DNA of 64,000 nt from an uncultured Gammaproteobacteria bacterium. Lineage in GTDB: Bacteria; Pseudomonadota; Gammaproteobacteria; Steroidobacterales; Steroidobacteraceae. The stretch's first letter is position 1, and the number at the start of each line of letters is the position of its first letter. The stretch lies in contig CAVZTF010000005.1 of assembly GCA_963778185.1 (NCBI GenBank), positions 16,227 to 80,226 of the forward strand, read 5' to 3'. Position numbers and translations under genes: made by a program. Positions 50,582-61,255 of this stretch are shown here, in pieces. Under the pieces are notes generated by a model that saw only the letters and a list, made by a program, of their open reading frames with translations, did not search any database and was not told the DNA's origin.

Positions 50582-51882
50582 GCCGCCACCGCCAGGATGC
50601 CGCGCAGGTCTTCGAGCCGCGCCTCGACCTCGACCTGCTGCGACGGCAGCGCGAGCAGGGCCGCGAGCGCCGGAGGCACCGGCACCTCGGCGCCGATGAG
50701 CGGCTCGACGATGTCGTTGAATTTCGCCGGGTGCGCGGTGGCGACCAGGACCCACCGCTCGCCGGCGCGGTGCGGATCGAGGCGGCGGTAGACGCACGCG
50801 GCCGTGGCCGTGTGCGGACACCAGGTCTGGCCGAGCTCGCGATGATCGCGGCGGATGGTCGCCCGGATCTCGTCGTCGCTCACTGGTTGGGCGCTCACGC
50901 GGCCGGCCAGCCGTTCGCGCTCCGGAAAGAGCCAGCGCAGGCGTTCCATGTTGCTGGGATTGCCGACGTCCATGGCGGAGGCAAGCGTAGCGACGCTCGG
51001 CCGCGGATGCCACTCGCCCGTGCGCAGGAACTCCGGCACGGTGAGGTTGGCATTGCTGGCGAGCACGATGTCGCCGATCGGCAGTCCGATCTCGCGCGCC
51101 CAGATGCAGGCGAGCGCGTTGCCGAGGTTGCCGGTCGGAATGATGAAGTTGGGCGCGCGGCCGTCCGCCGCGTGGAGCGCAAGGCTCGCCCGGGCGTAAT
51201 AGACCATCTGCGGCAGCAGGCGCCCGACGTTGATGCTGTTCGCCGAGGACAGCCGCAGGTCACGGGACAGGGCCGGGTCGACGAACGCCTCCTTGACCAT
51301 GCGCTGGCAGTCGTCGAAGGTGCCGGCGACGGCGAGCGTTCGCACGTTGCGCCCCCAGCAGGCCAGTTGCTTCTCCTGGCGCGGCGACACGAGGCCCCGC
51401 GGGTACAGCACCACGACGTCGACCCAGGGACGGTCGAAGAAGGCTGCCGCCACCGCGCCGCCGGTGTCGCCCGACGTCGCGACGAGGATCGTGAGCCGGC
51501 GCGGATCCGCGCGCGGCACGCGCTCGAGCGTCGCCGCGAGGAAGCGCGCGCCGAAATCCTTGAAGGCCGCGGTCGGCCCGTGGAACAGTTCGAGGACGGA
51601 CAGCGGTCCGGCCGCGCCTGCCACTTCCACCAGCGGCACCGGGAAGTCGAACGCGTCCGCCGTGATCGCCGGCAGCCAGGCGGCCATCGCATCGCCGGCC
51701 GCGAACGGTCGCAGCATGTCAGCGGCCAGCCCCGGCAGTGTGTCGTGGTCCGCAAGCGACATGGCGTCGATGGCGGGCAGGCTCGCAGGTACGTACAGGC
51801 CGCCATCAGGCGCCAGACCCCGGGCGATCGCCTCGCTCAATCCCGCGGCGAGCGAGGCGTCCCTCGTGCTCAGGAACCGCAT
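50578..51882 (-). CDS. thrC: Threonine synthase
   Basis: MRFLSTRD...LELFHGPTAAFKDFGARF...ATSGDTGGA... Confidence 0.93.
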   Translation of the reverse strand: MRFLSTRDASLAAGLSEAIARGLAPDGGLYVPASLPAIDAMSLADHDTLPGLAADMLRPFAAGDAMAAWLPAITADAFDFPVPLVEVAGAAGPLSVLELFHGPTAAFKDFGARFLAATLERVPRADPRRLTILVATSGDTGGAVAAAFFDRPWVDVVVLYPRGLVSPRQEKQLACWGRNVRTLAVAGTFDDCQRMVKEAFVDPALSRDLRLSSANSINVGRLLPQMVYYARASLALHAADGRAPNFIIPTGNLGNALACIWAREIGLPIGDIVLASNANLTVPEFLRTGEWHPRPSVATLASAMDVGNPSNMERLRWLFPERERLAGRVSAQPVSDDEIRATIRRDHRELGQTWCPHTATAACVYRRLDPHRAGERWVLVATAHPAKFNDIVEPLIGAEVPVPPALAALLALPSQQVEVEARLEDLRGILAVAA

Positions 51883-52823
51883 CAGTCGCCCACCACGCGC
51901 GCGCCCTCGCGGTCGATGCGGGAAACCCAGCTGTCGGACTCGAGCCCGTGCCTGCGAAACGCGGCGACCATCCCGGCGCGCACGTTCTCGGCGTCCGGCT
52001 CCTCGGCCCACGCGAACACGGTGGGTCCGGCGCCGGAAATCGAGGCGCCGAGCGCCCCGGCCTCGAGCGCGGCCTGCTTCACCGCGACGAAGCCCGGGAT
52101 CAGCACCTGGCGTTGCGGCTCGATCACCACGTCGAGCAGCGACTCGCGGATCAGCGGCAGGTCGGACGTGTAGCACCCGGCGAGGAATCCGGCGAGGTTG
52201 GCCTGCTGCCAGATCACGTCCGAGAGCGCGACGGACTTGCGCAGGATTTCGCGCGCCTCGCGCGTCGCGAGCACCATGTGCGGGTGCACGAGCACGCAGC
52301 GCACGGTCGCGGGCACCGGGACCTGCTTGACGAAGGGATTGTCGATGCCGACCGTGAGCACGAGCCCGCCGAACAGCGACGGCGCGATGTTGTCCACGTG
52401 CACCGAGCCGCTCGCGACGGCCTCACCCTGCATCGCGAACTTGAGCAGGCGGGTGCGATCGAGCGACTCGTCGACCAGCGCCGCCGCGGCAACGACGGCC
52501 GCGACGGCCGAGGCCGCCGATCCGCCGAGCCCCGAGCCGAGCGGGATGCCCTTCTCGATCTCGAGTTCGAAACCGTAGGACAGGTCGAGCTCGCGGCTGA
52601 GCGCGAGGGCCGCCATGCCGGCCGTGTTCTTCTCCGTGAGCAGCGGGAGATCCGCAACCACCCCGCTGATCGAGCGGATCGTCACGCCCGGCTCGGCGCG
52701 CCGCGACACCCGCACGCGGTCGCCGAGGGCCGCGACCGAGTGCCCGAGGATGTCGAATCCCACGGCGACGTTGCCGACGCTCGCCGGCGCGAACGCCGTC
52801 GCCGACGCCCTGGCACGATTCAC
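51882..52823 (-). CDS. thrB: Homoserine kinase
   Basis: APASVGNVAVGFDILG...GIPLGSGLGGSAASAVAAVVA (GHMP motif). The GTG start overlaps the thrA stop. Confidence 0.93.
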   Translation of the reverse strand: MNRARASATAFAPASVGNVAVGFDILGHSVAALGDRVRVSRRAEPGVTIRSISGVVADLPLLTEKNTAGMAALALSRELDLSYGFELEIEKGIPLGSGLGGSAASAVAAVVAAAALVDESLDRTRLLKFAMQGEAVASGSVHVDNIAPSLFGGLVLTVGIDNPFVKQVPVPATVRCVLVHPHMVLATREAREILRKSVALSDVIWQQANLAGFLAGCYTSDLPLIRESLLDVVIEPQRQVLIPGFVAVKQAALEAGALGASISGAGPTVFAWAEEPDAENVRAGMVAAFRRHGLESDSWVSRIDREGARVVGD

Positions 52824-55294
52824 AACTGGGCCCCCAGGTAGGCGCAGACGCGCAGCAGGTCGGCGAACACGCCCGCGGCCGTCACGGCCGGGCCGGCGCC
52901 GGGGCCCTGCACGATCAGCGGATTCCTGTCATAGCGCGCGGTCTCGAAGCGCACGATGTTGTCGGTCAACGCGATGTTCGCGAACGGGTGCGTTGTCGGC
53001 AGTTCGACGACGCCGACCTGCGCGCGCCCGTCGACGCCCACGGAACCGACGTATCGCAGCACGTGCCCGCGGCTGCGGGCCGCCTCCAGCCGGACGAGCA
53101 TCGGCGCGTCGAACTCGGTCAGCCGCTCGAGGAAGTCCTCGACGCCACAGTCGGCGAGCACGCCGGGCACGAGGCTCTCGACGGCGACGTCGGAGATCTC
53201 GAGCCGCAGCCCCATTTCGCGCGCGAGGATGATCAGCTTGCGCGCCACGTCCATGCCCGAGAGGTCGTCGCGCGGGTCGGGCTCGGTATAGCCGAGCGAC
53301 TTCGCATGCTTCACGACCGAGGAGAACGGCTGGCTGCCGTCCCAGGTGTTGAAGAGGTAGGCGAGCGTCCCGGAGAAGATGCCCTCGATGCGGCGGATCT
53401 CGTCGCCCGGTCTCGCGCAGGTCGCGCAGCGTCTGGATGACCGGCAGGCCGGCACCCACGGTGGCCTCGTACAGGTAGTGCGAGCCGGCCGCGCGGCGCG
53501 CTTCCTTCATGCGCTCGTAGTACTCGTACGACGCACTGTTCGCCTTCTTGTTCGGCGTGACGATGTGGATGCCTTCGGACAGCCAGTGCGCGTAGCGATC
53601 GGCCACGGCGGCGTTCGCACTGCAGTCGATGATCACGGCGTGCGGGAACTGGTCCGCGTGCACGTGCTCGGCGAAGCGCTCGAGGTCCACCGGGTCGCCT
53701 TCGGTCGCGAGCTGCTCGCGCCAGCGCGCGAGGTCGATCGAGCCCTGCGTCAGGCGCATGGACTTCGAGCCCGCGATGCCGCGCACGCGCAGGTCGAGCT
53801 TGAAATCGCGACGCAGGCGCTCGACCTGGGAGGCGATCTGGTCGAGCAGCGCGCCGCCCACGAGCCCGGGCCGATCAGCCCGATCGAGACCGTGTGGGCC
53901 GAGAGGTAGAAGCTCGAATGCACGGCGCGCAGCGCACGAGCGCTGCCGCGGCCGTCGATGACGACCGATATGTTGCGCTCGGAGGCGCCCTGCGCGATCG
54001 CGCGAACGTTGACGCCCGCCTTGCCGAGCGCGCTGAACACCTGGGCCGAGACGCCGTGCGCGCCGGCCATCCCGTCGCCGACGACGGCGAGGATGCTGCA
54101 GCCGCGATTGACCTCGACGCTGTGGATCTGGCCCTCGCGCAGCTCCGGGTCGAAGGCGCGACGCACCACGCGCTCGGCGCGGTCGGCCTCGATCTGCGGG
54201 ACTGCGAAGCAGATCGAATGCTCGGAGCTGCCCTGCGAGATCAGGATCACGGAGATCCCCTCCTCCCGCAGCGCGCCGAACAGCCGGTGCGCGGTGCCCG
54301 GCACGCCGATCATGCCGGCGCCCTCGAGGTTGATCAGCGCGATCTTCTCGACGGTGGTGATGCCCTTGACCAGCGGGCTCGGCGCCGAGCGGTCGTGGAT
54401 CAGCGTCCCGGCCTTGCCGGGCGCGAAGGTGTTCTTGATCCAGATCGGGATGCGCTTGTGCACCGCCGGCGCCATGGTCTGCGGATGGATGACCTTGGCG
54501 CCGAAGTAGGCGAGTTCCATCGCCTCGTTGTAGGACAGCGCGTCGATCACCTGCGCCTCGGGCACGAGGCGCGGGTCGGCGCTCAGCACGCCGTCCACGT
54601 CGGTCCAGATGACGATCTCGCCCGCGTCGAGCAGCGAGCCGAAGATCGAGGCGGAGAAGTCGCTGCCGTTGCGGCCGAGGGTGGTCTGCAGGCCCTGGGT
54701 GTCGGTGGCGATGAAGCCGGTGACCACGACCGTGCCGACGAAGTCCGGTGCGATCTCGGCGTGCAGGTTCTCCCGCGACTGCTCCCAGCGGATACCCGGG
54801 CCCAGCGGTCCCCACTCGACCAGCAGCACGCGGCGGGCATCGAGCCACTGCACCCGGCCGCTCGAGCGTCCGCGACGGCGCAGCAGGCGCTCGAAGATGC
54901 GCGTCGACCACAGCTCGCCGTAGCCGGAGATCAGGTCGCGCAGGGTCGTCGAGGCCGAGCGCACGAGTCGCACCGTCTGCAGGATGCCGGCGATGTCCTG
55001 GCAATCGTGGTCGAGCTGAACCACGAAATCGTCGTACAGCTCGCCATCGAGCAGCTCGCGGGCGATCGCGATGTGGCGTTGCCGCAGTTCCTGGATCCGG
55101 TCGTCGAGCGCCGGATCCTGCTGCTCGGCGAGCGAGATCAGCGTGAGCAGCGCATCCGTGACGCCACGGCAGGCGGAAAGCACCACGGCCTTGCGCAGGG
55201 CCGGATCGCCCTCGATGATGCCGGCGACGCGCTCCATGCAGGCCGCGTCCGCGACGCTCGATCCGCCGAACTTATGGACTTTCCACGCTTCCAC
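52820..55294 (-). CDS. thrA: Bifunctional aspartokinase / homoserine dehydrogenase I; two compensating frame breaks (about 53866 and the GGG run about 53408)
   Basis: KVHKFGGSSVADA... (aspartokinase plus ACT); LVGGALLDQIASQ...HIVTPNKKANS... in the middle frame; DEIRRIEGIFSGTLAYLFN...GPGAGPAVTAAGVFADLL back in the first frame. Total length is 3n. Confidence 0.9.
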
Positions 55295-55447
55295 GACAGG
55301 TTGGCTCCCGGATGGCCGCCCACGCAGCCACGCTGGCCGATCGCTGGGAGGCGACGGGCCGCAATGCGTGGGGACTGGCGGGGGACTCCTCGATTACAGT
55401 CCAAGTCACTGTATCTTCTTGCATCGCGGCAGGCAAACTAAGGCGAC

Positions 55448-56065
55448 ATGGACGACCTCGGCTCACCGGCCCTGCACGCCGCGATCCTCGCGGCCGGCGC
55501 CTCGACGCGCTTCGGCAGCCCGAAGCAACTCGTCCGGCTGGCCGGCGAGCCCGTCCTGCATCGGGCGATCGCGAACGCGACCTTCGTCGCCGGGCATTCG
55601 GTCGCCGTCGTGCTGGGGGCGCATGTGCAGGACATCGCGCCTGCCCTGCGGCAGTCGGCGGTCTGCATGGTCGTGAACCGCCACTGGGAGGAAGGCCTCG
55701 CCAGTTCCATCCGGTCGGCCGTCCATTCGGTCCCGGCCGCCGGCGAGGGGCTGCTGCTGGTGCTCGCGGACCAGGTGGCGGTGACGGCCGACGACCTCAA
55801 GCGCCTCTACGTGGCCTGGCGCCGCCACCCCGTCCTGATTGCGGCCGCGCTGTACGGCGGGGCGCCCGGCCTGCCCGCCATCTTCCCGCGCTGGACTTTC
55901 GGTGACCTGCTGCAGCTGCGCGGGGACCAGGATCCGCGCCTCGCGATCCGCCGCAATGCCGACCAGGTCGTGCGCGTGCCGATGCAGAACGCGGGCGTCG
56001 ACCTCGATACCCCGGAAGACCTGCTCGAGCTCGAAACGGCCGCTACGGATCGCCCGGAAGCGTAG
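55448..56065 (+). CDS. MobA/MocA-like nucleotidyltransferase (molybdenum-cofactor cytidylyl/guanylyl-transferase family)
   Basis: AAILAAGASTRFGSPKQLVRLAGEPVL...LLVLADQVAV... Confidence 0.75.
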   Translation: MDDLGSPALHAAILAAGASTRFGSPKQLVRLAGEPVLHRAIANATFVAGHSVAVVLGAHVQDIAPALRQSAVCMVVNRHWEEGLASSIRSAVHSVPAAGEGLLLVLADQVAVTADDLKRLYVAWRRHPVLIAAALYGGAPGLPAIFPRWTFGDLLQLRGDQDPRLAIRRNADQVVRVPMQNAGVDLDTPEDLLELETAATDRPEA

Positions 56066-56196
56066 AGAGGGCTTATCATGTCGATCTTCGAGCGCGCCGC
56101 GATTGTGAGGCGCGTCAGGATTTTCGGCTTGCGCCAGATGGAGGGTTGCCCGGCGTGCTTACACTTCCTGCACGGGCAAACTCTGGAGAAATACGC

Positions 56197-56776
56197 ATGC
56201 GACGGAAACTAGGTCTTGCAGCCGCCCTGGGCGGAATTTCCATGCTGGCGGCGGGCGCGGCTGGCGCAGGCGCCGTCGGCGAGCAGTTCCGTGGCGGTGC
56301 TTTCGGTCTTTCCTGGGGCGCCGAGCAAGGCACAGGTCGAGGGGCGCTACCCGGGCGGCAAGTGGGACGCGGACGACAAGGGCCACGCCCGTTACTGCGC
56401 GTCGAGCCGCCAGTCGATCCTCAAGCTGTCAACCCAGTACCAGACGCGCGAGCTGTGCTTCCTGATGGGCTCGGACGGGGCCCTGGCAAGCGCCACCGCG
56501 CGCATGGACGCCTCGCTGCCGGCGCTGCTCGCGGTCGTGAACCGCTCCCGGACGATGTTCGGCGACTTCGACGCGGTGCGTCGCGACGACAACGCGATCC
56601 AGTCGCGGTCGACCGCCATGCTGTGGATGAAGGACGCCCCGTACGTCGTGCAGGTGGCGAGCGCGAACGACGCGAACAACCAGCCGGTGGACGTGACGTT
56701 CACGGTCTCGAACGACATCGGCCTGCATTCCGGCGGCGCCGAGCGCGTCTCGCACCAGCCCTCGGGCGGTCGGTAA
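56197..56776 (+). CDS. Secreted hypothetical protein; frame break probably at the G4 run 56314-56317
   Basis: Signal peptide MRRKLGLAAALGGISMLAAGAAGAGA. The body (KAQVEGRYPGGKWDADDKGHARYCASSRQS...) is in the adjacent frame. I recognise no family. Confidence 0.5.
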
Positions 56777-57538
56777 TCAGGCCGAGACGGTCCCGGACGC
56801 GGGCACGGCGTCTCCGGACGGGTTTGCAGCGGGCGCAGGCTGGGCCTCGTCGATCGGCACCAGCGAGAACGAGCGCCGGTCCAGCCAGTCCACCAGGGGC
56901 CGGAACGTATCCAGGTCTTCCTGCAACAACGCGCCCTTCATTTCGTGCAGCCCCATCCCGGTCTCGGCCGAACGCACGTAGGCCTGGGAGTCGCGCAGCA
57001 CGGCCGCCACCGGAATCCTCATGCTCTGCAGGAAGCGCATCAGGGACTGGTAGGCCTTGGTGTACCGCCGGGCGCGGTTCGCCACGATCACCAGCCGCTT
57101 CTCCGAGCGGTGCACCTTGGCGACCAGCAGCAGGTCGGCGATGCAGCGCGAGGCGGCGTGGATGTCGATGTCCGAAGGCAGCACCGGCACGACGATGGCG
57201 CTCGCGTCGCGCACGATCTCCGGCATCTGCAGGCCGGTGACCGCCGCGGGCGTATCGACGATGAGCCGCTCGGTGCCCGGCGGCGGCCGCAACGCGAACG
57301 ATCGGGTGACGCCCATGCGATTCTCGTAGGCGGCGATGCCGTGGATGCTCGGCAGGTCGGCCGGACGGATCTTGAGCCAGCGCATGCTGGACCCCTGGGG
57401 ATCCATGTCCATCAGCGCCACGCGGCTGCCCTTCGACGCGTAGTACGCCGCGAGGTTGGTCGCCACGGTCGACTTTCCCGACCCCCCCTTGGGGTTCAGG
57501 ATGACGATCCTCTGCAATGGTGCGGGCTGTTCCATCAT
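56777..57538 (-). CDS. Orphan ParA/MinD-family ATPase
   Basis: Deviant Walker A: RIVILNPKGGSGKSTVATNLAAYYA. Also MDMDPQGSS and LIVDTP. 253 aa with no parB nearby. Confidence 0.8.
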   Translation of the reverse strand: MMEQPAPLQRIVILNPKGGSGKSTVATNLAAYYASKGSRVALMDMDPQGSSMRWLKIRPADLPSIHGIAAYENRMGVTRSFALRPPPGTERLIVDTPAAVTGLQMPEIVRDASAIVVPVLPSDIDIHAASRCIADLLLVAKVHRSEKRLVIVANRARRYTKAYQSLMRFLQSMRIPVAAVLRDSQAYVRSAETGMGLHEMKGALLQEDLDTFRPLVDWLDRRSFSLVPIDEAQPAPAANPSGDAVPASGTVSA

Positions 57539-57626
57539 CCGCGGCGGTTTCCTGCCGGGACCGTAACCGACACGGCCCGGCCCGGCAAGCCGGCGGGCAT
57601 GGCCCGGGTGTCCAAGGCGACTTCGC

Positions 57627-58082
57627 TCACATTTCACCGGCCGACCGCAGCTTTGCGGCGATGAATTCGCGGTGCGGGACGTGCAGCAGGTCCGCGATCC
57701 GGCGGATCAGGTGTTCCTCGTACTTGTGCACCGTGGCATCGGCCTGCGCGACCTGCCAGAGCTGCTCGACGAGGCGGAGCTTGTCCCCCGCCGACCAGGT
57801 CCGGTTGACCTCGGAGGTGAACTGGTAGAGGTCGTGGGACTGGTCGGTCCGCTGCTCCGCGAGCGCGAGCAACTCCTCGCAAGCGCCCTGCTCCAGGCCC
57901 AGCAGGCCACGGATGGACGCCAGCACCTGGCTCCGCTCGTCCGCAGTGAACTCGTAGTCTGCCCGCAGGATCTCGACCAGCAGCGCGGCGACGGCCAGGT
58001 TCAGGGCCGTCTCGCGGCCGGCGGACGAGTCGACGTCATCGCCGCCGAGGTGCCTCGACAGCCAGTCTTTCAGGCGCAACAT
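57627..58082 (-). CDS. TerB-family (tellurite-resistance TerB-like) protein
   Basis: LAVAALLVEILRADYEFTADERSQVL...WSAGDKLRLVEQLWQVAQADATVHKYEEHLIRRIADLLHV. Confidence 0.7.
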   Translation of the reverse strand: MLRLKDWLSRHLGGDDVDSSAGRETALNLAVAALLVEILRADYEFTADERSQVLASIRGLLGLEQGACEELLALAEQRTDQSHDLYQFTSEVNRTWSAGDKLRLVEQLWQVAQADATVHKYEEHLIRRIADLLHVPHREFIAAKLRSAGEM

Positions 58083-58111
58083 CCGCCCATTGTGGCATGG
58101 ACCGCCGGTCC

Positions 58112-60294
58112 TCAGCCAAACGGGCGTGCCCGCTCCAACAGGTCCTCCAACCCCGGCTCCTGCGGGTTGCGCGGCTTGCCGGGGTGGATGATGCCGAGCT
58201 GGCAGCTCTCCGCAGCCTCCACCAGCTGGCGGAACGTGCCGGCCGTGACGTCGGCGATGTAGGCCTGCTTGTTGGCGTTGTAGGCGAACATCCTGTCGTT
58301 GACCTGCGTGCACTCGTTGCAGCTCGAGCAGCGGATGGTCTCGACGTAGGCTTCGTCCGGCGCGCGGGCCGGCGCCTGGTCCTCCGTCACGTCAGGCTGC
58401 GACGTCGCCACTGCCGCCGGGGCCTCGATCGCCCTTGCCGCCGTCTCCACAAGCCCCTTCTGCTCCCACGCCGCCTTTTCGCGCGCCAGCGCCCGGTCCG
58501 CATGCGAGCTGCGCGCTCCGCCCAGCTCCTGCAGCCGATGCCAGGTGTCGCGGCAGCGCCGGGCCGCCTGGATCGCCCTCTCGTCCACCACCAGTTTCTG
58601 CAGGGTGTTCTCGTCGTCGACCGCAAGCAGGCAAGGCACCCGTCCGGAGCCCCCCGCGTCCGGGCGCGACAGCCACTCGGCGACGGGCACCAGGTCATCG
58701 CCCCAGGCGGCGTGCGGCAACGCCGCGAAGTGGCGCGTATGGCGCGGGTCGCAGGCCAGGAAATCGACGAAGGTGAAGGCCACGCGTTCCGTCACGCGCT
58801 GCAGGTCGGCGTCGGCGTACTCGAAGGCGGCCGCCGTCCAATCGGCGCCCGGTTCCGGGTTGTCCTGCAGCGAGAAGCGATCGGCGAGGTCCGGCCCGGC
58901 GGAGGGATCGTGGACGAACGCCGGAAAGGCCCTCGACTGCATGGCGGCCGCCGCGACGAGGTAACCGGGCAGGCCCCGCTCCGCCGTCGCCGGCGAGAAG
59001 ACGCTGAAGAGTGCCGGCCCGGAGGCCGACATCCCGCGCTCGATCGCCCGCCGCATGCGCAGCAGGTTCGAACTGCTCGACTGCAGTACGAACGCGTCGG
59101 TCACGCCGAGCGCCATGCTCGCGATCTGCACGTTGCGCACGCCGAAGGCGAAACGGCCCGCCCCGAGCGAAGCGTCCTCGAGCAGGTCGTCGACCTCCAC
59201 CAGCACCTTGACCGGCACGCCGGAGGACAGCAGTTCCATCAGCGCCACGCCCGCCGGGGCTTCGTTCGCCCGCAGGCAGACGAGGTAATCGGGGAAACGG
59301 GCGAGGTCGTCCGGGCCGAGCGCCCCCTCGCCGAAGGTGGCGAAGAAGGCGTCGTGCGTGCCCTCGACGTAGCGACCGTCCACTTCCAGCTCCGCGATCG
59401 CCATGGCCTTGATCAGCTCGATCATCGGTGGCAGGCGCTCACGGAACGCAGCCAGCACCTCGCCCGCCGCCTGGAACTCGAACTCGTACGGGGCGCACCG
59501 GCGCGCGTCGCCGGGTTGCCTTCGGGAGCGGCGAAGAACCGTTGCGACCGCAACGTGGCGAGCACGCGCTCGATCCGCAGACGCCGCGCCGCGGACAACG
59601 GCGATCCGTGCGTCGCGCGACCGACCAGCCGCGACATCGCCTGGAAGTCGAACAGGCCCTGGTGGCGGTCGCCGAGCGAGGCCTGCAGGCTCTCGGGACG
59701 GCTGCCCGCCTCCGACTTGACGAAGTCGGCTCGCAGCGCATCGCTCAACTTCACGATCAGCCGGTTGATCTCGGCGCGCCGTTGCAGCGCCTTCCGCGCT
59801 TGCGCCGCGCGCCACGCATGCGCGAGGAGCCGGCGGGGCATGGCGGCGTCGCAGTCGAGCACCGCGCCATCCACGCCCAGGGACGCACCAGCCTCCTCCA
59901 GGTAACGCGCAAGGCCCGTGTCCTTCCCGACGGCGCCCTCCTGGACGGCGCGCTCCCAGAGGCTCGAGAGGCTGCCGGAGGCCCCGCCCGCCACCAGCCG
60001 ACGGATGCCGCGTTCGATGGACAGGACGTGCTTGCGAAGCCCCTCGCCATCGATGCCCTGCGGCGCCACCTGCCGCAGCATGTCGTCGACGATTCCGGAC
60101 AACGAGTGGACGAACCCAGCGTCGGCGCCCGCCTCGACCAGCACCAGCGGGAAGTCGTAGCGCAGGCGCGTCAGGTCACGGTAGCGGGCCAGCAGCGCCG
60201 GCCGCAGGCGGAGCCCCTCGATCGGGTCGAGCGACGCGCCGGGCCTCTGGCCCGTCAGGTGGAAGAATGTCTCGTGCCGGATGGACGCATCCAT
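58112..60294 (-). CDS. Large uncharacterised protein with a C-terminal single-cluster ferredoxin domain; one frame break between about 59490 and 59525
   Basis: Two collinear ORFs (59422..60294 and 58112..59815), about 727 aa after repair. The C-terminus reads ETIRCSSCNECTQVNDRMFAYN...AAESCQLGIIHPGKP (CxxCxxC...C). The start is 1 nt after the korB stop. Confidence 0.7.
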
Positions 60295-60295
60295 G

Positions 60296-61255
60296 TCAGT
60301 TCGGCCACACGGTAAACTTGTCGAGTTCGGACTCGAGGCCCGCGCGAATCATCTCGGGCGTGCGCAACTGCCCTGCCTTGCGGATCTCCTCGTAGCACGG
60401 GACGTCCGGGTTGCGGTACAGGATGCCGACCGGGATCGGGTCCTCCTGAGACGCGATCTCGCGGGCGCGGTCGATGTCGGACGGGTCGTGCGCAAGCTGG
60501 TTGCGATAGATCCGCCCGATCTCGGGACTGACCGACAGGCCGTCCTGGTGGGTGAGCAGCAAGGTCTTCTGTGGGTCGTGCAGCCACGGCTCGAACATCT
60601 TCGGCAGGAACTCCGGGCAGCGCTGGATGATGCGCACGAACGAGAAGCCCTTGTGGTGGAAGGCGGCCGAGAGCACCTGGTAGAGCACCTCCGGGATCCA
60701 GTCCACCACCTGCGCGACGAACGAGACGTTCTGCACGCCGAGCGTCACGGTGAGCGGATTCAAGGCGTCGAGGTACGAGCCGCGCGGCGTCGTATTGCTC
60801 TTGAGGCCGACCGGCGAAGTGGGCGAGGCCTGCTTCTTGGTGAGCCCGTAGATGTGGTTGTCGTGCAGCATCATCGTCAGGTTCATGTTGTAGCGGATCG
60901 CGTGGATCCAGTGCGCGGCACCGATGCTGCAGCAGTCGCCATCACCCGTGTTGACGAAGACGTGCAGGTCGGGCCGCGACATCTTCACGCCTTCCGCGAT
61001 CGGCAGGGCACGGCCGTGGATGCCGTGGAAGCCGTAGGTCTTCATGTAGTGCGGCAGGCGGCTCGAGCAGCCGATGCCCGAGACGAACACGGTCCGCTCC
61101 GGGCGCAGGTCCTCGTCGCGGCACAGGCGCTGCACGGCCGCGAGGATCGCGTTGTCGCCGCAGCCGTTGCACCAGCGCGGCACGCCGCCCTGGTAGTCCT
61201 CGAGCTTGTGGTGCTCGTCGTGCATCCGGACGAGGCACTGGGTGGCGGTCGTCAT
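60296..61255 (-). CDS. korB: 2-oxoglutarate:acceptor oxidoreductase subunit beta (TPP-binding)
   Basis: WCNGCGDNAIL...SGIGCSSR...NTGDGDCCSIGAAHWIHAIRYNMN...NHIYGLTKKQ. Confidence 0.9.
   Translation of the reverse strand: MTTATQCLVRMHDEHHKLEDYQGGVPRWCNGCGDNAILAAVQRLCRDEDLRPERTVFVSGIGCSSRLPHYMKTYGFHGIHGRALPIAEGVKMSRPDLHVFVNTGDGDCCSIGAAHWIHAIRYNMNLTMMLHDNHIYGLTKKQASPTSPVGLKSNTTPRGSYLDALNPLTVTLGVQNVSFVAQVVDWIPEVLYQVLSAAFHHKGFSFVRIIQRCPEFLPKMFEPWLHDPQKTLLLTHQDGLSVSPEIGRIYRNQLAHDPSDIDRAREIASQEDPIPVGILYRNPDVPCYEEIRKAGQLRTPEMIRAGLESELDKFTVWPN

Noticed and set aside
55295-55447. Possible thr-operon leader peptide or attenuator upstream of thrA (small ORF MQEDTVTWTVIEES...).
   Set aside because: Only a few scattered Thr/Ile codons are present, with no run of regulatory codons. 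I could not find a convincing terminator/antiterminator pair.
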